In this document: piece by piece, positions 51,255 through 64,000 of the stretch
How the letters are laid out: each line of letters begins with the position of its first letter
How positions within the stretch are numbered: the stretch's first letter is position 1
NCBI RefSeq assembly: GCF_006345805.1
Contig: NC_043009.1
Coordinates: forward strand, 66,650,001 to 66,714,000
Direction: 5' to 3'
Length of the DNA: 64,000 nt
Source: Octopus sinensis
Lineage: Eukaryota
Notes under the pieces: model-generated
Told to the model about the DNA's origin: nothing
Database searches by the model: none
Seen by the model: only the letters and a program-made list of their open reading frames with translations
Program-made: the position numbers and the translations under genes

Positions 51255-51789
51255 GCCTAGACCACATCCCTGTTCATATCACATAGCATAATACAATGTT
51301 ATGTTTGATAACATGACATTTACATAACAACATTTACAACCAATTGTCGAAAGGGTTTTTTTTGTCATTCACTACATGTTTGTCATAATTCGGTTGCAAA
51401 TTAAGGAATAGCGCAATTAGTCGTATTACTATAACCTGGAACATCGTGCGCAAAACAGCAGCATACGCTGGTGGGTTCGTAGACAATCCTTAAATGTTCG
51501 CTGAACATAAGATCTGAAATATTATCTCTCTGCTACACTAAACAGCCATTTCTTCTCAGAAGGCTATAAGGTTTTCCAAATTCTTAAAAACAAAGCAATA
51601 TATATATATATATATTAAAATGCTTAAGAGGGAAGTTAAACAAACAAATAAATAAGCGAATAATTAAATAAAACATTAAATAAACCTGTTATTTTCCAAT
51701 AAAATCCACCCATTTTCGTTGTTCACAAAATCATAAAAAAGCTTCTGGTCGGATGATGATCTCGTATAGATTTTTGATTGCACTTAATA

Positions 51790-51864
51790 TTTACCATCAT
51801 CATCATTGTCGTGATCATGATCACCTTCGCTATCACTATCATCATCATCATCATCATCATCATC

Positions 51865-51898
<34 letters not shown>

Positions 51899-52140
51899 TC
51901 GACATCGTCTACCCATTCATCACAGTCAACGTCATGTACCGACGTCATTGTCATCGTCATCATTGCCTTCATCATCATCATCATCATCGTTAGCTTATTT
52001 TTGTTGTCATCGTCGCCGTCAGTAGCCCCGTCAACAGCAGCAGTGCTAGTAGTAGTAGTAGTAGTAGTAGTCGTGGTGGTGGTGGTGGTGGTGGTGGTGG
52101 TGGTGGTAGTGGTAGCGGCATCGTCGGCGGTGGTGGTAAA
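51790..52140. repeat. (CAT)n/(CGT)n/(TAG)n/(GGT)n compound microsatellite
   Basis: Directly visible. Confidence 0.93.
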
Positions 52141-52279
52141 AGCAACAGAATATTTACACTATTTCCATTTTCTCTTTGTTCTCTTAAGAGACAAAAAAAT
52201 ATATCACCATCAACGAGAAGTTTAATAGGTTTGGATGTGAAATTCTATGGCTGTATAGGCGTGTGTCTGCATACACACA

Positions 52280-52363
<84 letters not shown>

Positions 52364-52450
52364 ATATAGTGAGAATTTACAAAAAAAACGAAGACGGGTG
52401 TGTAAACAACATACAGATGTATTAATTTAACGCTCGGGAAGCGAAAAGAT

Positions 52451-52486
52451 CTTTTACGTTTCGAGCCTACGCTCTTCAACAGAAAG
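52451..52486 (-). ncRNA. Minimal hammerhead-like motif (A6U variant) in a short interspersed repeat
   Basis: Minus strand CUUU-CUGUUGA-A-GAGC-guag-GCUC-GAAA-CG-UA-AAAG; same GAGC/GCUC stem II as the 32934 motif. Confidence 0.55.
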
Positions 52487-52600
52487 GAACACACAAATAA
52501 ACAGAGAGAGAAAATAAAAAAAGGTTTAGTGGCTAGCGATCTATCATGGCGAATGCCGGACTAGTGACGTTGTGTGTTCGTGTTTTTGAAACGGTTTAAA

Positions 52601-53375
52601 ACTTGTTTCAGTCATTTGAATGCGGCCTTGCTAGAGCACTGCCGTTAATCGAACAAATAGACCCCAAGACTTGTTCTATCGCTCTCTAATGCCGAGCCGC
52701 TAAGTTACGGGGACATAAAACAATGACATCGGTTGCCAAGCGATGGTGGAGGAACACAGACACACAAATACATACATAGATACATAGATACATACATACA
52801 TACAACAATATATATATATATATATATATACATATACAACGGGTTTCTTTCAGTTTCCGTCTACCAAATTCACTCATAAGACTTTGGTCGGCCCGAGGCT
52901 ATAATAGCAGACACTTGCCCAAGGTACCACGTAGTGGGACTGAACCCGGAAACGTAGTTTGGAAGTAAGCTTCTTACCACATAACCACGCCTGCGCCTGT
53001 GTATTTTTAACATGCTTCTCATGGAGATTCTGTGTGACACAGAATGAGAGAAGACTGGCCCCCTTTGAAATTACTGGTACTACTCATCTTTTGCCAGCTG
53101 AGTGGACCGGAACAACTTGGAGTGAAGTACCATGTTCAATGTACTTAGAATCGTAAGACGAATTCCGGAACCGGAACTAAACTATGCGCCTTCGCTATTA
53201 TGGCATAGAGGCGCATTATTGAGTGGTTGTGTGGTTAAGATGATCTCTTTGCAAACACGCGGCTTAGGTTTCAATTCCACTGTGTGGAACCTTGGGCAAG
53301 AGTCTGTTACTATAGACCTACACCGATCAATGCCTCGTGAATGAATTTGGCGGACGGAAACTGGAGGGAAGTCCG

Positions 53376-53426
<51 letters not shown>

Positions 53427-53640
53427 TGTGCGTGTGCGATTGTGTTTGAGCTTGTCCTCGCTCCACAACCGGTTATGGCTTGTTCCGTTCCCGTAACTTA
53501 GTGGTTTGGCCAAAGATAGCGACAGAATACTAACAGACTTTAAGGAAAAAAAATCCTACTCTGTTCGATTTGTTCGACTAAACTATTCAAGGCTGTGCCC
53601 CAGCATGACCGCAGTCCGATGAGTGAAACAAGTAAAAGAA
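52601..53640. mobile_element. SINE cluster: B(-) 52601-52997, D(-) 53010-53193, B(+) 53222-53640
   Basis: Heads, CORE-like segments and tails match the other B and D copies in the window. Confidence 0.85.
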
Positions 53641-54255
53641 AAGAAACGAAGAAAAAAGATTAATGTCTGTAATATGTCTGTAAAAAATGCAGACATACAG
53701 ACGACGGTCAATGCGACGATCACACGCTACACACGTTCCTTCCAATCACTGCTGTAATCAGTGAAAGTGAGCTAGAACGTTAAAACTTAATGCGCATGCA
53801 CAGCAGAGTTCAAGGTCAATCTGTGCCAAGCAGCTTCACTCTGCGTGCTTTAGCTTCGTTACTATGGCAACAGTCCAGATATTTATTGATCAGATCATGT
53901 ATATATTCATATGTGTTCATATATACATTCTTACATACATTCATACATAAATACATACATACATACATGCTTATGCTCACACACAGTCATGTAGACAGAC
54001 ACACAGACAGACATATATATGTGCAAGTATGCACACGCCCTTGTGTGTGTATGTTTATATGTGTATGTGTGTGTGTGTGTGTGTGTGACTATATGCCAGT
54101 TAATCCATCAACTTTAGCGAAATGTAACAATTAATCAAGAGCCGTCCCAGGTAATAGATTCCTGACTACATACACATAAACTCGTGCACACACACACATA
54201 TACATACATACGTAAATAATACATATATATACATACATACATACATGCATACATG

Positions 54256-54287
<32 letters not shown>

Positions 54288-56216
54288 TGTATGTATGTAT
54301 GTATGCATGTATGTATGTATGTATGTATGTATTTACACAGACACACTCATGCGTAACCATATCGATAGCTTCTGTTGTGTTACGATATTTGAGATATCAG
54401 CATATCACCAACGTGTTACGTAACTTCTCACGTTAACAGAATAGGACGGCTTCCGGTTATAGGCAGATTTATCTTCTACTGCAATAATGTCGTATGACAG
54501 CTTCCGGTCGTTGGTTAGTGACATGGAAATGCGCGCTGTGTGGTTGCACATCAGAAACCCGTTCTCTTTCGAAATCACCGAATATTTTTACTCTTTTATC
54601 AATATTGCTTTTACGCATCAGCAAAATGGTTTTGCGCAGAGAATTTTTTTTACCGACTATTTCGTATTTGTGATGTAGTTTCGATCACAATTGACTCAAT
54701 TTCTCTAAAGAAGTTTTGTTTTTCGCAACTTTCACAACTGCATCTTTCGCACTCAATTTCTGCTTCCTTTTTCATTGGAAAATGGCACAAATGAGGAATC
54801 ATTCTTCAGCTATGCCATAGTTTGTTCGGTTTGTTATGATTATTATAATACTTAATGTAAAGGTGGTGAGCTAGCGGTGGAGGTCTGTGGCTTAGTGGTT
54901 AGTGGGAACGTAGAAATACATTTACTCGGTGTCAGGACGTGCAATAAAACTCCCATAAATGAAGGGCTCCTTGCTTTTGTTAGAGCATCCGTCTAGAAGA
55001 GGGAAAGTTTGATGTAAAACCAGCGGTTTCTCGTGATCACTGGTCATATCCCTTCAGCCTGTCACTTTGTACTCATCTCAGAGGCTCAGAGAGTGGTACA
55101 CGTGTTGTCCATGCGTTTATCACAATAATACAGCGACGTGTAGATATCTCTTTATGCTGATCTCATTTCTTCTGAGAATCGAAAGCTGGAAATGACACGT
55201 TACTGTGACAGCATCCGCAATTCTAACATCTAATTCATCCTCCTATCCTTCCATCACTTGAAAATACTGCTTCGAGATATTTAAACTTCTCAACTTGACT
55301 CAGTGATGTTCCATTACAATGCTAAGTGTACTTGGAAGACGTTCTTGACGGGACCAATGCCACAGTCCTCACAACACTTATTCTCTTCTCTGCCTTGGAG
55401 GCACTCATCTCTAAATATTTCTAGAATGTCCAATTACCAACTTCTTTTATTACCACCGCCACCACCACTGGATAACAACATTTTCTATTTTGCTGGTCAG
55501 ACTGCTTCGTTTTGTTATTAGTTATTTAGATTTTTTCTACTAGAGCGTCAGTTATGGAATAATACATAGGATAAAGATTTAGGGGATTTTAGTTGCTATA
55601 TCTAGAAAGTCGAGGAAGAATGCACAGAGGCTTTCTGCTCCCGGTTATCACCAAAAATATCAATATGAGGATAATGCTACTGATGCTGATGATGATGACG
55701 ACGATGACGATGAGGAGGAGGAGGAGGAGGAGAAGGCGGAGGAGGAGGAGGAGGATGGTGGTGGTGGTTGTTAATAAGAGAGACTCGATGAGGTGACTAT
55801 TGTCTCAACATACATATATAATATACATATAAATACATGGATGTGTGTGCGTGCGTATGTGTGTGTGTATATGTGTGTGTGTGTATGTACACGCATGCAT
55901 ACATATATATGTGCGTGTCTGTGCGCGTCTGGCTGATTTTGATAGTTGGGTCAATCAACTCGTGTATATTTAATGTCAAGAATTAAGATGTTAAAATCGA
56001 GTCTCCTGCGATCGCGTGTCTCACGTAATTATCAACATCCTCCTCCTTCTTCCTCCCAACATTGCGTTTCCTGTCCAAATTATTCGCTATCACCGGACCA
56101 TCTCTCTATTTCTTTCTTTATCACTATCCTCTCTCTCTCACTATCTCTGCTCACTCTCTCTCCCTCTCTTTCTCTTGATCTATGTATGTATATACTTGTT
56201 GCATATGCGTGCACGA

Positions 56217-56247
<31 letters not shown>

Positions 56248-56332
56248 GACACACATACATACTTTCACACTAGTATTACTGCTTGCACATACACTCGCAC
56301 TACCATGTGTATATGGACACAGATAGAAAGAT

Positions 56333-56379
<47 letters not shown>

Positions 56380-56405
56380 CAGACAGACGGACGGACGGAC
56401 GGACG

Positions 56406-57125
<720 letters not shown>

Positions 57126-57133
57126 ATAGATAA

Positions 57134-57220
<87 letters not shown>

Positions 57221-57601
57221 TGTTTCTTTATTAGCCACACAGGGCTGCACACAGATAGAACAAATTACAAGGTAGAGCTTTTCTTTTGAAGGTTTAAAAA
57301 AAAAAAAAAAAGAAAAGGAAGGGGGAGTTTCGATCAAAAGGGATCGTAAAAGGAGAGAAAGAGGACAAAAAAAAGTGGGGTTAAAAAAAAGGGGAGAGGA
57401 AACAAATAATTGATCAATAGGGATCGTTATCACAGAAATGTCAATATGAAGTGTAAAGGGGAGGACAGGTGAGGTTTACCCGTGGAAAGAAAAGCCTACG
57501 GAAAAGACCACGGTAACCTCGGTCAATGAAGTCACATTTTATATTTCTTTTTTTTTTTTTTTTTTTGCAAATAAGCAACTCTCTGTTTTCGATTTCTGGG
57601 T

Positions 57602-60600
57602 TCATAGGACTATGCTCAAGGTGGCTTCGTCATTCATACGTGCCATTCTTGCTACATTCACCCATCTTTTTTAAAACATTCGCTAGACAAAGCTTGCCTC
57701 TCTACTCTCACTTTCCTTTTCAAGTGGTACTTGAAGAAGTTGATGAGAGATTGACCAGAGAGGAAAGTGTTTGTCTCCAATCCTTTCAGACGCGTCCACC
57801 AGATACATTCTTTCGCCATAGCCACAAGGATGATGAAAATAGCTCTTCCTTCCCGTTTGAAGGAAGGAGGCGTGACAATATTGACGATAGACTCAGCTGA
57901 TAAACCGACTCGTCCCACACGTGACAGCAGTTGTTCGACATAAGCCCACAGGTCGGAATTGTTGGACACTGAACGAGTGCGTGCAGACGGTTTCGTCGCT
58001 CTGACCGCATCTCGGGCAGGTCGGCCCCGTGTTTCTCGAGCCGTGTCTGTAGAGCTTATCCCGAACGGGTAGCGCTTCTCGGTAGCACTGCCAGGCCAGG
58101 GATCTCTGGAAGTTGTCCATGGGCCCTGGCCCGAAAGTCGTCCTGAACAGCGGGTCAGGTACTCCTCGTCGACGTCCAGGTTCGCCCCGAGCTCGTCGTC
58201 GTACCTCCCCTCCACTAAACCCCTATAGAATGCTTTGGTTGTGTGAAGTCACTTAAGGTCAACCCAGGACGGCAGAGTTGCTTGAGAGCAACGCGACACT
58301 CGCGGTGCCATTCGCCCTTCCTCGGCCCTTTTTGATCCACGACTGCAGTTCGGTCATGGAGACGAGCTGCGGGAATGCGTGCCTCACAAACGGCGACCAC
58401 ACCTGTTCACCGTCGTCTACATAGAGCCAGAGATGTCGCAGTCTCAGCGCGTGTCTGCGCATCATCAACCACGGCATGCCCAGCCCTCCTTTTAACGGGT
58501 GTTGACAGCAAATGGATCGCCTGACCATCGGGACGCATCCTTTCCACAAGAAGCGAAAGAGGATGCGTTGTAGTTTGGTGATGGTAGGGTCGGGACAAGG
58601 TACGACGGTCAGGCGGTAGTAGATGACGGACGCGATGTACGTGTCGCCACCCCGCTCGACCTTTTAGGGACAGTTTCCTCTCGGCCCATTGCCGGGCGAG
58701 AGTGACCACCCTACTCGTTATCTCGTTCCAGTTCTTCTCCACTTGGAGGTCCGGACCAAACCAGACCCCGAGCAACTCAACCGGGCCGTCGGTCCAGCGT
58801 CCCACGACGGAGGCGCTGGTGGACGGCATGGGCTTGCTTCTCCAGGTGCCTAGTCGCAAGCCCACTGACTTTTGCCGGTTGATTTTCGCTCCTGTCACCG
58901 CTTCGTAGTTTTTCAGTGTCTCGCCGACCAGCTCGATGTGCTCGTGGCTAGACACTATGACGGTGACGTCGTCCGCGTATGCAGACACGCTCGTCCCGCA
59001 TCCCAATTCTCGCGGGATGCCCCTTAGAGTCGCCAGCTTCCGCAGTAGTGGCTCAAGAGTCAATACGTATAGAAGCGCCGAGAGGGGGCATCCCTGACGG
59101 ACCGAACGTGCAATGTCGAAAGGTCTCGATAGATGTCCATTACGCGAATTACCGAACGGATGCCCCTGTACAAGGCAGCTATCCAGCCGCGGAAGACGGG
59201 ACCGAAACCAGCCGCTCTCAGGACTGCCTCCAAGTATCGATGGTCTACCCTATCAAAGGCTTTCGATTGATCCAAGTTGATCAGGCCCCACCCATGCCAG
59301 GTTCGTTAACTACCCTGTCTATGATGTAGCGCATCAGATGGAGGTTGTCATGGATGGTCCGGCCTGGCACGGCGCATGTTTGCGCCTTGTCGACCAGTTT
59401 CTCGATGACAAGCGCCAACCTCTTGGCTAGCACCTTGGCCAAAATTTTCAAGTCTGCATTAGCAGAGTGATGGGCCTAAAGTTATCTATTACATTTCCCT
59501 TGTTTAGATCTTTCTTCAGCAGTGTTACGGCTCCTCGGCTCACAAAACCAGGAATGCTCCCGTTTTGCTGCCAGTTGCAGTACACCGCCGCCGAGATCTC
59601 CAAACAAGTCTGGCATACAATTGTAAAGCTCGTAGGGTAGACCATCCAAACCCGGTGATTTGTCCCTCGAGCATTCTGCCATCGCTTCCCGCACTTCCGC
59701 CGCCGTGATGGCACCTTCGCAGCACCCTGCCTTTCTTGTCGAGAGTCGTGGTAGGCTATGTAGGTAGGCACTGAAGTCCACCCTACGTTCTTGCCCTCCA
59801 CTCGTTCCGAACAGTCGGGCAAAATGCTGCTGAAAGGCCTCACACATTTTACTTGGCTCGAGCAATTCGCGCCCCTGTTCATCTACCAGTGACCGAATGG
59901 TGGCTTTGTTGCCCTGTTGCGCCTCTGCCACCCGGGCCTCTCTCGCGGCTCCAACACCTTCGTTCCTTAGAGCACGCATCCTAGCTCTGACAGCACATCC
60001 TTCGTGTTTGGCGTTGAAGTGTTGGTCGAGGGCCAACCTCGCCGCCAAAACGTCGGATGCGATGCCGCTTCTAATTGCCTCTTCTAGCTTCTTAACTATC
60101 TCACCCTCTACTCTATTTCTATCTATGGCTAGTGCTTTGCTGTACCTAATCGCTTCTGCTTTTACTGCTCTCTTGAGGGCAAACCACCATTTGTTGTTGA
60201 TGATGGCTCCCGTCAAAGCCCTCTTTACTAGTGTGCTAATCCGGTCTCTGAAAACTTGTCTCGATGGGAAGACGCGTTTAGTTTCCAGTATCCGGGACCC
60301 TGCCTAAGTGTCTTACCTAAGTCTAGCGTACATGTCACAAGTTTGTGATCCGTGTAGCTGACTATGTGGAATTGTGGACATCCTATGCTATCTCTATCTA
60401 CTGTCCTACACAGTATCCTATCTAGATACGATCTCGACGACCCGATGCGGTTGCTCCATGTCCACGTTGGCGCATTCGGGTGGTCTAGTCGGAACCTGTC
60501 AGACAGTTGAAAGCGTCTGAGCAGGTCTCTGAGGCATTTGCATCCCCGTCTATTCCTATCTCTACCCCGTAGTCTACATGCGTGTCCAAGGTAGCATTCC

Positions 60601-61022
60601 AATCCCCCACTAAGAGTAAAGGACGAGACGTTCCCAAGAAAACTTCTAGACGTTGAAAGAAATCCGCCCGACCTGTTAAGGGCGGTGCGTAAACTGATAC
60701 GAGTCGAAAAGCGCACCCATTGCTGCCGTCGACATCCAGGACGACCAGTCTACCCTCCGGGTCTACGAATATTGTCCTTACTTTTGATCCAGACTCTTGT
60801 GAAAAAGTACCGCGGTGCCACTACCGCCCATTCTCGGCAGACAGGGGGAAAATAAATGTTGAACTGTCCGCCAAACATGGTCTTTAGGGCCCGCGGATTG
60901 TGGAGTCTGGTCTCGCTTATGGCTATGATTTCTAACTTATGTGACTTTATGTCATTTAAGAGGTACCCTTGTTTCCAAGGGGACCCCAAGCCACGCGCAT
61001 TTACACAACCAATCTTGATCAT
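57602..61022 (-). pseudogene. LINE ORF2: APE endonuclease, reverse transcriptase and C-terminal zinc finger (multiple frameshifts)
   Basis: IGCVNARGL..ISET (APE), [102 protein letters not shown]. Confidence 0.93.
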
Positions 61023-61053
61023 AGTTCTAATGAATTAGAATACAGAGGGTTAC

Positions 61054-63045
61054 TTACTGCTCGAAAGTTTTTGCTTTCTCCTCCGTTGGTTTGTCCTCGA
61101 GAAGATCCCAGTACAGTTTCTTTGTGAGATATTTTTGGCATTTACCAACCGCACTGGGGAAAATGCCTTTGAGTGTGTGGTGCAGACTTTTGGAGATGTG
61201 TAATATTTTGATGTGGTCTGGTGGTGTTGTGTATGGGTGATTGTTTGTTTTTATGTCATCTTCTGTTATGTTTGTTTTTGATTGGATGTATTCCATCAAA
61301 TTTGTGTTTTGGTGTCTATGGCTGTGAGCATGTTTGCTGTATATGTTTTTGTGGTGTTGGTGTGGCTGTTGTTTGCGTTGGGTTTTGAAATGTCTTCGGG
61401 AGATGTATTTTCCCTGCTTTGTTCGTGTTTGCATTTGGTTTGGTTGTGTTTCTGCTCTTTATTTTCCTTCTTTTTGTAGCTATTTGCCATTCCTCACTGG
61501 TTCGTCTCCGACGAAATTTCTGAGGAATCAGAAGGGGGTAGGGGTATGTGTGGGCTTCTATGTATGTCTGTGTAAGTGGTTTGTGTGTGTTTTCGTTGTT
61601 GTTGGTTGTTGAGTGTTTGTGTGTGTTGAGTGCGGTATAAGGGATGGGGGATCAGTTTGTGTGTGTTTTCTTTTGTTTTTCTGTTCCTTTGGGTTTTGCT
61701 GTTTTTGGTGGTGTTGGTATTTTTTCAGGTGTTGAGTGGTTTTTGGTTGATGACGGATTAGCTTGGTGTGCTTCTCTTGTCGTCTTCTTGTTGATGGTGG
61801 TGTGGGTAGTAGAGCTTTTTTTCCGGAGTGCTTTGGTTGTGGTAGTGGTTGTTGTTGTTGCTCTTGGTGTGCAGTGGTTGGGCACGTCTTTTTCAAGTGT
61901 GTTTCGCTTCCACACAAATAGCAGCGTGGTCGCCTGCCCTCTACCACTATATAGAGTTTGTAGCCTCCTGGCAGTTCTATAGCGGTGGGTATCTTCTCTC
62001 TTGCTGCTTCATCCAATTGAAGCAGGAATTCGATTGATTTGCCCACATAGTCTTTCTCTCCTAGAACCGCGATTTCCAGGATGTTTGTCTCTGACATTGT
62101 CTCTGACATTTCAAAGCAGATGGCAGAGACCAACCATTGTGTTTCGACGACTCAATGGTATGTTTTTTATTTGGACTTTCGTGACCCTTTTGTTTAAATA
62201 GACTGGTATCATTACCAAGTCGTCCGAATGTAGCTCCAATGTGGAAAACGTTTTGCTAAACTTTCGTTGAGGAAACGTACTTGGACTGTACCAAATTTGT
62301 TTTCCCAACTGATATATTCCTTGGAGTCCCATGCAGGACGAAGGCATTTTTCGATTTTTTCCTGCGGTGCATTTTCTGTTCTTCTTGTTTTTTTGTTTAT
62401 TACTTTATAAATTTTGTTTTTTTTGTGTGTTTTCCACGATGTGTTGTGGAATGTGAAGGTGCAATTTGTCTCCTTCTTTGGAGAAGAGTGCCTTTGTGCG
62501 GTTTATCTCTTGTGTGGTGAATGTTACAATTGTTCTTTTTTGTTTTGTTACGTCCGCAAAATTCGTTTTGAATTGGCAGTAGAAGTGTTAATTGTGGCAG
62601 TGTTAATTGAAGTCATGTAGTGGTGTTGGTGTTGGCGGTATTAGCATAAGAAGGCTTGGATGTAGCATTTGACGTCGTAGTAGTGGTGTTGGTGTTGGCG
62701 GTGTTGTCTTTGGTAGGCGGCTTTGTGCCAATTTCGTTGTTGTGTTGTTGGTGGTGATGGTGGTGGTGCTGGCATTCATGTTTTCGTTTGTATTCATTTT
62801 TGAAATCCCTTTCTCTGTCCCTTTATCATCAACAAGTGGTGTGGGGAGTGAGGGGAAATCTAAGTCAATGTCTTTGGTCGCGGCGATAGTGAATGCGACG
62901 TTAGATTTGTTGTTGTTGTTGTTGGTGTGGTGATGGTGGTGACAGCGGTGTTCACGCTGCGATGTTTAGCAGCTAGTGGTAGCAATAGTGTTTTGCTACC
63001 GTTCTGCATGACTGGCGGGCTAGCCACGTGGTTTCTATTTGCCAT
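61054..63045 (-). pseudogene. LINE ORF1 (gag-like, CCHC zinc knuckle, long T/P/K/Q-rich low-complexity arms; frameshifted)
   Basis: ATG at 63045 (MANRNHVASPPV..); RRPRCYLCGSETHLKKTC (CX2CX4HX4C) preceded by an IELPGGYKLYIVVEG segment typical of Tx1 ORF1; ends ..EEKAKTFEQ* at 61054. Confidence 0.85.
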
Positions 63046-63267
63046 TTTCAAAATGAAAATTGGCTAAAAAACCCACGAAAGTTTTGAACGTTTTTTTGTA
63101 ATTTCGCCCATACAGGGGCGGAATTCTACGTGAATAATTCTCAGGTTTTTTAGTGAATGAACTTGCACAACGATTAAAACAAAATATTTGACAACAAGGA
63201 GTTTTAAACATGTAAAAGTGGCCAACTTACGTGGAGCCGATATGACTAGCGTCCGTCCATTGTGAGA

Positions 63268-63293
63268 GAGATAGATAGATAGATAGATAGATC

Positions 63294-63358
<65 letters not shown>

Positions 63359-63361
63359 CTT

Positions 63362-63428
<67 letters not shown>

Positions 63429-63559
63429 TGATAGATAGATAGATAGATAGATAGATTGATTGATAGATAGATAAGGAAAAAGAAAAAATCATTGTTCAAA
63501 ATAACAATATAGATATGTATGTGTGTGCGTGTGTGTTTATATATATTATATATGTATAT

Positions 63560-63592
<33 letters not shown>

Positions 63593-63680
63593 CGTATGTA
63601 TGTATGTATACACACACATGTGTATGTATGTATGTATGTATGTATGATGCATTCTGCCTCTCTCTCTCTCTCTCTCTCAT
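63268..63680. repeat. (GATA)n target tract followed by (GT)n, (ATGT)n and (CT)n
   Basis: Directly visible. Confidence 0.95.
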
Positions 63681-64000
63681 TTAAGTGAAAACTGTACTCA
63701 ATAAAATGAAGTAAAGTGTCATATGATTCATTCAAGCCTGAAATCGCAAAAGTAGCCATCCAAAACTTCACGGTTCTGTTTGTCAGGCGATGTGTGGATT
63801 ATTAGCGCGTAAAAATCCAATTAAAAAAAATTAACAGAAATTAACAGGAAAAGCAAGATATTAACAATAATATTGAAAAACTTGAGAGAACGCAGCAAAG
63901 ATGATTTGCAGAAGGAATGAAGACTTCTGGTGAATTCTGTACTGAGACATGACTGTAAAACGGTTTAGTAGAATATTTTGTGCACATCTGCACGTGTATG

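Larger units (their letters stand above)
57221..63266 (-). mobile_element. Near-full-length Tx1/L1-clade LINE (~6.05 kb) inside (GATA)n
   Basis: ~220-nt 5' UTR, ORF1, 31-nt spacer, ORF2, ~380-nt 3' UTR with AATAAA (57227-32); no poly(A), both ends join GATA repeats. Confidence 0.95.

Overview
AT-rich eukaryotic non-coding DNA saturated with microsatellites ((TA)n, (CA)n, (ATAC)n, (GATA)n, (GA)n, (GAT)n, (CAC)n, (TAG)n) and tRNA-headed SINEs. The repeat landscape looks like a coleoid cephalopod, probably Octopus (inference from repeat style, not a database hit). No host protein-coding gene is recognisable, and nearly all ORFs in the track are microsatellite read-throughs. Recognisable content: (1) a near-full-length ~6 kb L1/Tx1-clade LINE on the minus strand (57221-63266; zinc-knuckle ORF1, APE-RT-CCHC ORF2, frameshifted) plus two 5'-truncated relatives, all three embedded in (GATA)n tracts in the same orientation; (2) at least four SINE families, one carrying a tail module resembling the Tx1 3' end; (3) RTE, RLE/R4-like and mariner remnants, a hAT MITE with its TSD, and two foldback elements; (4) several minimal type-I hammerhead ribozyme motifs in Penelope/retrozyme-like contexts; (5) a few micro/small-exon candidates supported only by splice signals. 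The best leads are the apparently (GATA)n-targeted Tx1 family, its possible SINE partner, and the hammerhead motifs.
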